From: Malacoraja senta
Taxonomy: Eukaryota
Reading direction: 5' to 3'
Length of the DNA stretch: 64,000 nt
NCBI GenBank assembly: GCA_038087875.1
Contig: CM075978.1
Location: forward strand, 161,386,001 to 161,450,000
The notes under the pieces are model-generated. The model did not search any database, had not been told where the DNA came from, and saw only the letters and a list, made by a program, of their open reading frames with translations. The first letter of the stretch is position 1. Each line of letters begins with the position of its first letter. A program made the translations under genes and the position numbers. Below, piece after piece: positions 61,181 through 64,000 of the stretch.

Positions 61181-61887
61181 GAATTATAACTGATAACTAC
61201 CCTGAAGGCATAACAATGTAACTGAAAGAGCTGGTTACCTCATGTCAAAGGGGTGGAGGCACGATGAAAACGAAGTTGGGAGGTGAGTGAGGGATGTACA
61301 ATGAGCAAAGGGAAACCCTATTTCTCAGGGAAAGAGCAGTATCAAAATATTGGACTGAACAATAGAAAGAATGACAGAGAACAACAAAGAATGCATTCGG
61401 TTTTAAAAATTCTATGAATACACAGGGTACGTTAAAAAGATTTTCACATTATTAAAAATCACATTTAATTTACCCATCATTTTCAATAAAAATTAATATG
61501 CAAATATCCTTCAGAGACTGGATTATGTTGCAATCATCTACCACTGTGTTAATTACAAATAACAGCCATGGAAGACCAGAAATTGCAGTGATTTTTATTT
61601 TGCTGGCATTTTTCACAATTTTGGGGAATTCATTGAAACCAGGACAATAGGAGTAGGGGATAGACCATTCAGCCCAGGCTTGCACCATTCTACACAATCA
61701 TATCTGGTGACCCAATCATTATTGTGTTCCTCACATCCTTTTCCTCACATCTCTTTGAGATCAAGAAATATATCAACCTACTGTATTTAATTCTGAAAGT
61801 ATAATCACCAAGTGATGCGCAGTATATTCCAGGACCATTTACTAGAAGGACGTAAACAGCAGGTTGGTGCACTGCTCCAGAAGTGTG

Positions 61888-62199
61888 TCATAGAGTCACA
61901 CAGAACGGAAACAGCCTCTTCGGCCTATGCTGCCCACTTGGACTAAAGCATCCTTTGCCTTTCAAAACTGAGCAATATCCTTCCTTCTATCTTGTTTTAT
62001 TTAGTTTTATTTTGCTAATGGATGTGAACAACTCTCAACTCAAGACCCCTTGTATATGAAATCAAACCCCGATAATTCAGAAGACTGCTTCTAGGTTTGA
62101 CAAGCTCTAAAGATGCCCCATCTACATAAGTCCCACTTGCCAGCGTTAGGCCCATATCCCTCTAAACCTTTCTGTACCTATCCATGTACCTATCCAAAT
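61888..62199 (-). mobile_element. CR1 3' fragment interrupted by a 171-bp local duplication
   Basis: catagagtcacacagaacggaaacagcctcttcggcc..[insert]..aagatgccccatctaca..ggcccatatccctctaaacc. Confidence 0.75.
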
Positions 62200-63534
62200 A
62201 AAGTCTAGTCATGACTAAAGCCACATCTGCCCACTTAGGATCAAGTATAGAAATTCGGGTCTTCTGATGCTGCATGAGGCCAGATGCCTGCCTCCAGAAC
62301 CACTTCCTTCTCGGACTCAGCTCCCAGCACCATCTTCCATTGGGAATCGGGCTGTCAGCTCATCAATGAGGCCCACAAGTACTTTCCTACCAGAAATGGC
62401 AGGCCCAGCTAGAAATACTGAAGATATTCAATATTTAATCATTCAATTTTTAAAATATTTGTTGGCATACGCAGACATGCCATTGCTTTGACACGTTTGA
62501 CAGGTGGTAACCTATAGATATGACTCAAATGGTTGCATTGGGTTAACCAGTGGGTACATTTTCTAGTCTGAGTGCTGTGGAAGCTTGTACCCTACCACTG
62601 GGCTCTTTGAGGAAGCCATTGGTAAAATATGGTCGGCAATCAGTCGCATAGTAGTTCAGGATCCCCATTGCTCAACCTTAAAACGTATTATTTGGAACTG
62701 CTGGCTTCAAATCCAAAGATCTGAACTTCTCTGAGGGAAGTTTTGGTTGCTATTCTGCAGAAAAACAATTTTATCAATGCAGCAACAAAATCTATGCATA
62801 TGACATAACTCTATTGGAACAGTTGCTACTTTGGAAGTTGTATTTTGGAATTTGACAGTCTGAAGCCATTTGAGTTTCGTACGTTTATAAAGTTAAATTT
62901 AAAAGTTGTATGAAATTGTGAGGTTCGGCTGACCGTGAGTGTTTTAACGACATCCAAGAATTATTAGGCGTGGTTATTTACTCAAATTATTCTTTGGGAT
63001 ACCAATGAGCAGATTGATGAATGCATTTAAGGACACAGCAGAATTCTATTTTCAAAATAATCAATTTTGCATTATTCTCAAGAGAAAACTTGTTAGTGTT
63101 ACCGAATGAACGAAATGCCTAGAGGAAACAACTGTGCAGCTCATGAGGTTGAAAGCACCTTCACCTCCCACTCAATTCTTCATGACATAAAACTGAAATA
63201 CTTTGTTGCTAACTTCAATTTTTTCATTTCCTTTCTGTGAGGATGCCTTCAGCCAGTTGTACAAAGAAATGAAAAAAAAAAAAGAATTGTCCTTCAGGTT
63301 TGTGAATGACCTGGAGAGTCTGCCACTTGCACCATTTCCAGTGCTTTCACAGCTTATGAAAGGCTTGGACTAAAGTATCCTTTGCCTTTCAAAACTGATC
63401 AATATCTTTGCTTCTATCTTGTTTTATGTAGTTTTGCTTTGCTGATGGACATGAACAACTCTCAACTCAAGACCCCTTATATATGAAATCAAACCCTGAT
63501 AACTTGGAAGACTGCTGCTAGGCATGACAGGCTC
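61937..63534 (+). repeat. Dispersed direct repeat, 171 bp x2 (61937-62107 and 63364-63534)
   Basis: Ungapped alignment by eye, about 19 mismatches (~89% identity). Confidence 0.95.
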
Positions 63535-63862
63535 CCTAGTACCTGGTTGAAGGATAGCGGATGACTGACATTCAAACTTGCCATTCAGAAGTATCTTCAA
63601 GTTTCATATAAACGGAACAAAACTCTTTTTTTTTCTCTTGATTAGAATAAAGGTTGAATAGAATAAAGGCCTCCAAGAAAAAAGGTTGCAATTTCAATAC
63701 CAACAGCAGGACTTGAACTGCTACTTGAGTTTGATACTTCAGAGGACCGGCAAAGGAGTGCTTCTGCTTCCTTACACAGCAACATAAAACCAAGGTTCTT
63801 CAAGTGGTTACAAAGAAATCTAACGGAAAAAAATCCAAGAGCAAGGATTTCTGCAATTTTTT

Positions 63863-63993
63863 GGGGTGGCACAGTGGTGCAGCGGTAGAGTTTCCGCCTA
63901 ACAGCGCCAGAGACGTAAGTTCGATCCTGATTATGGAAGCTGCCTGTACAGAGTGTTATATTCTCCCCGTGACCTGCGTGGGTTTCCCCCCAC
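63863..63993 (+). mobile_element. V-SINE 5' half
   Basis: GGGTGGCACAGTGGTGCAGCGGTAGAG head, GTTCGATCC B-box. Confidence 0.8.
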
Positions 63994-64000
63994 ATTTCAA

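Overview
Vertebrate genomic DNA, most likely a cartilaginous fish such as a skate or ray (inferred from the repeat repertoire, not proven). The whole window lies inside one large minus-strand gene, ZFHX3/ATBF1. Three in-frame coding exons are visible (43896-44003, 3809-3933, 1103-1303), separated by introns of about 40 kb and 2.5 kb. The rest is intron, containing tRNA-derived V-SINEs, CR1 and Rex1/Babar LINE fragments, an RTE-like short element, four PIF/Harbinger-type MITEs and about 13 Penelope-like (PLE) fragments. There is one assembly gap and several TE-poor, enhancer-like blocks. Most interesting: (i) the Penelope pseudo-LTR carries a minimal hammerhead-ribozyme-like core and occurs repeatedly as short fold-back insertions with TSDs; (ii) an old ~190-bp-arm fold-back element interrupted by a CR1; (iii) a 171-bp microhomology-templated local duplication; (iv) MITEs sharing TIRs and an internal palindrome. 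Nearly all other ORFs in the track are spurious. No database searches were run. Family names and human-protein comparisons come from recalled motifs, and boundaries of old repeats are approximate.
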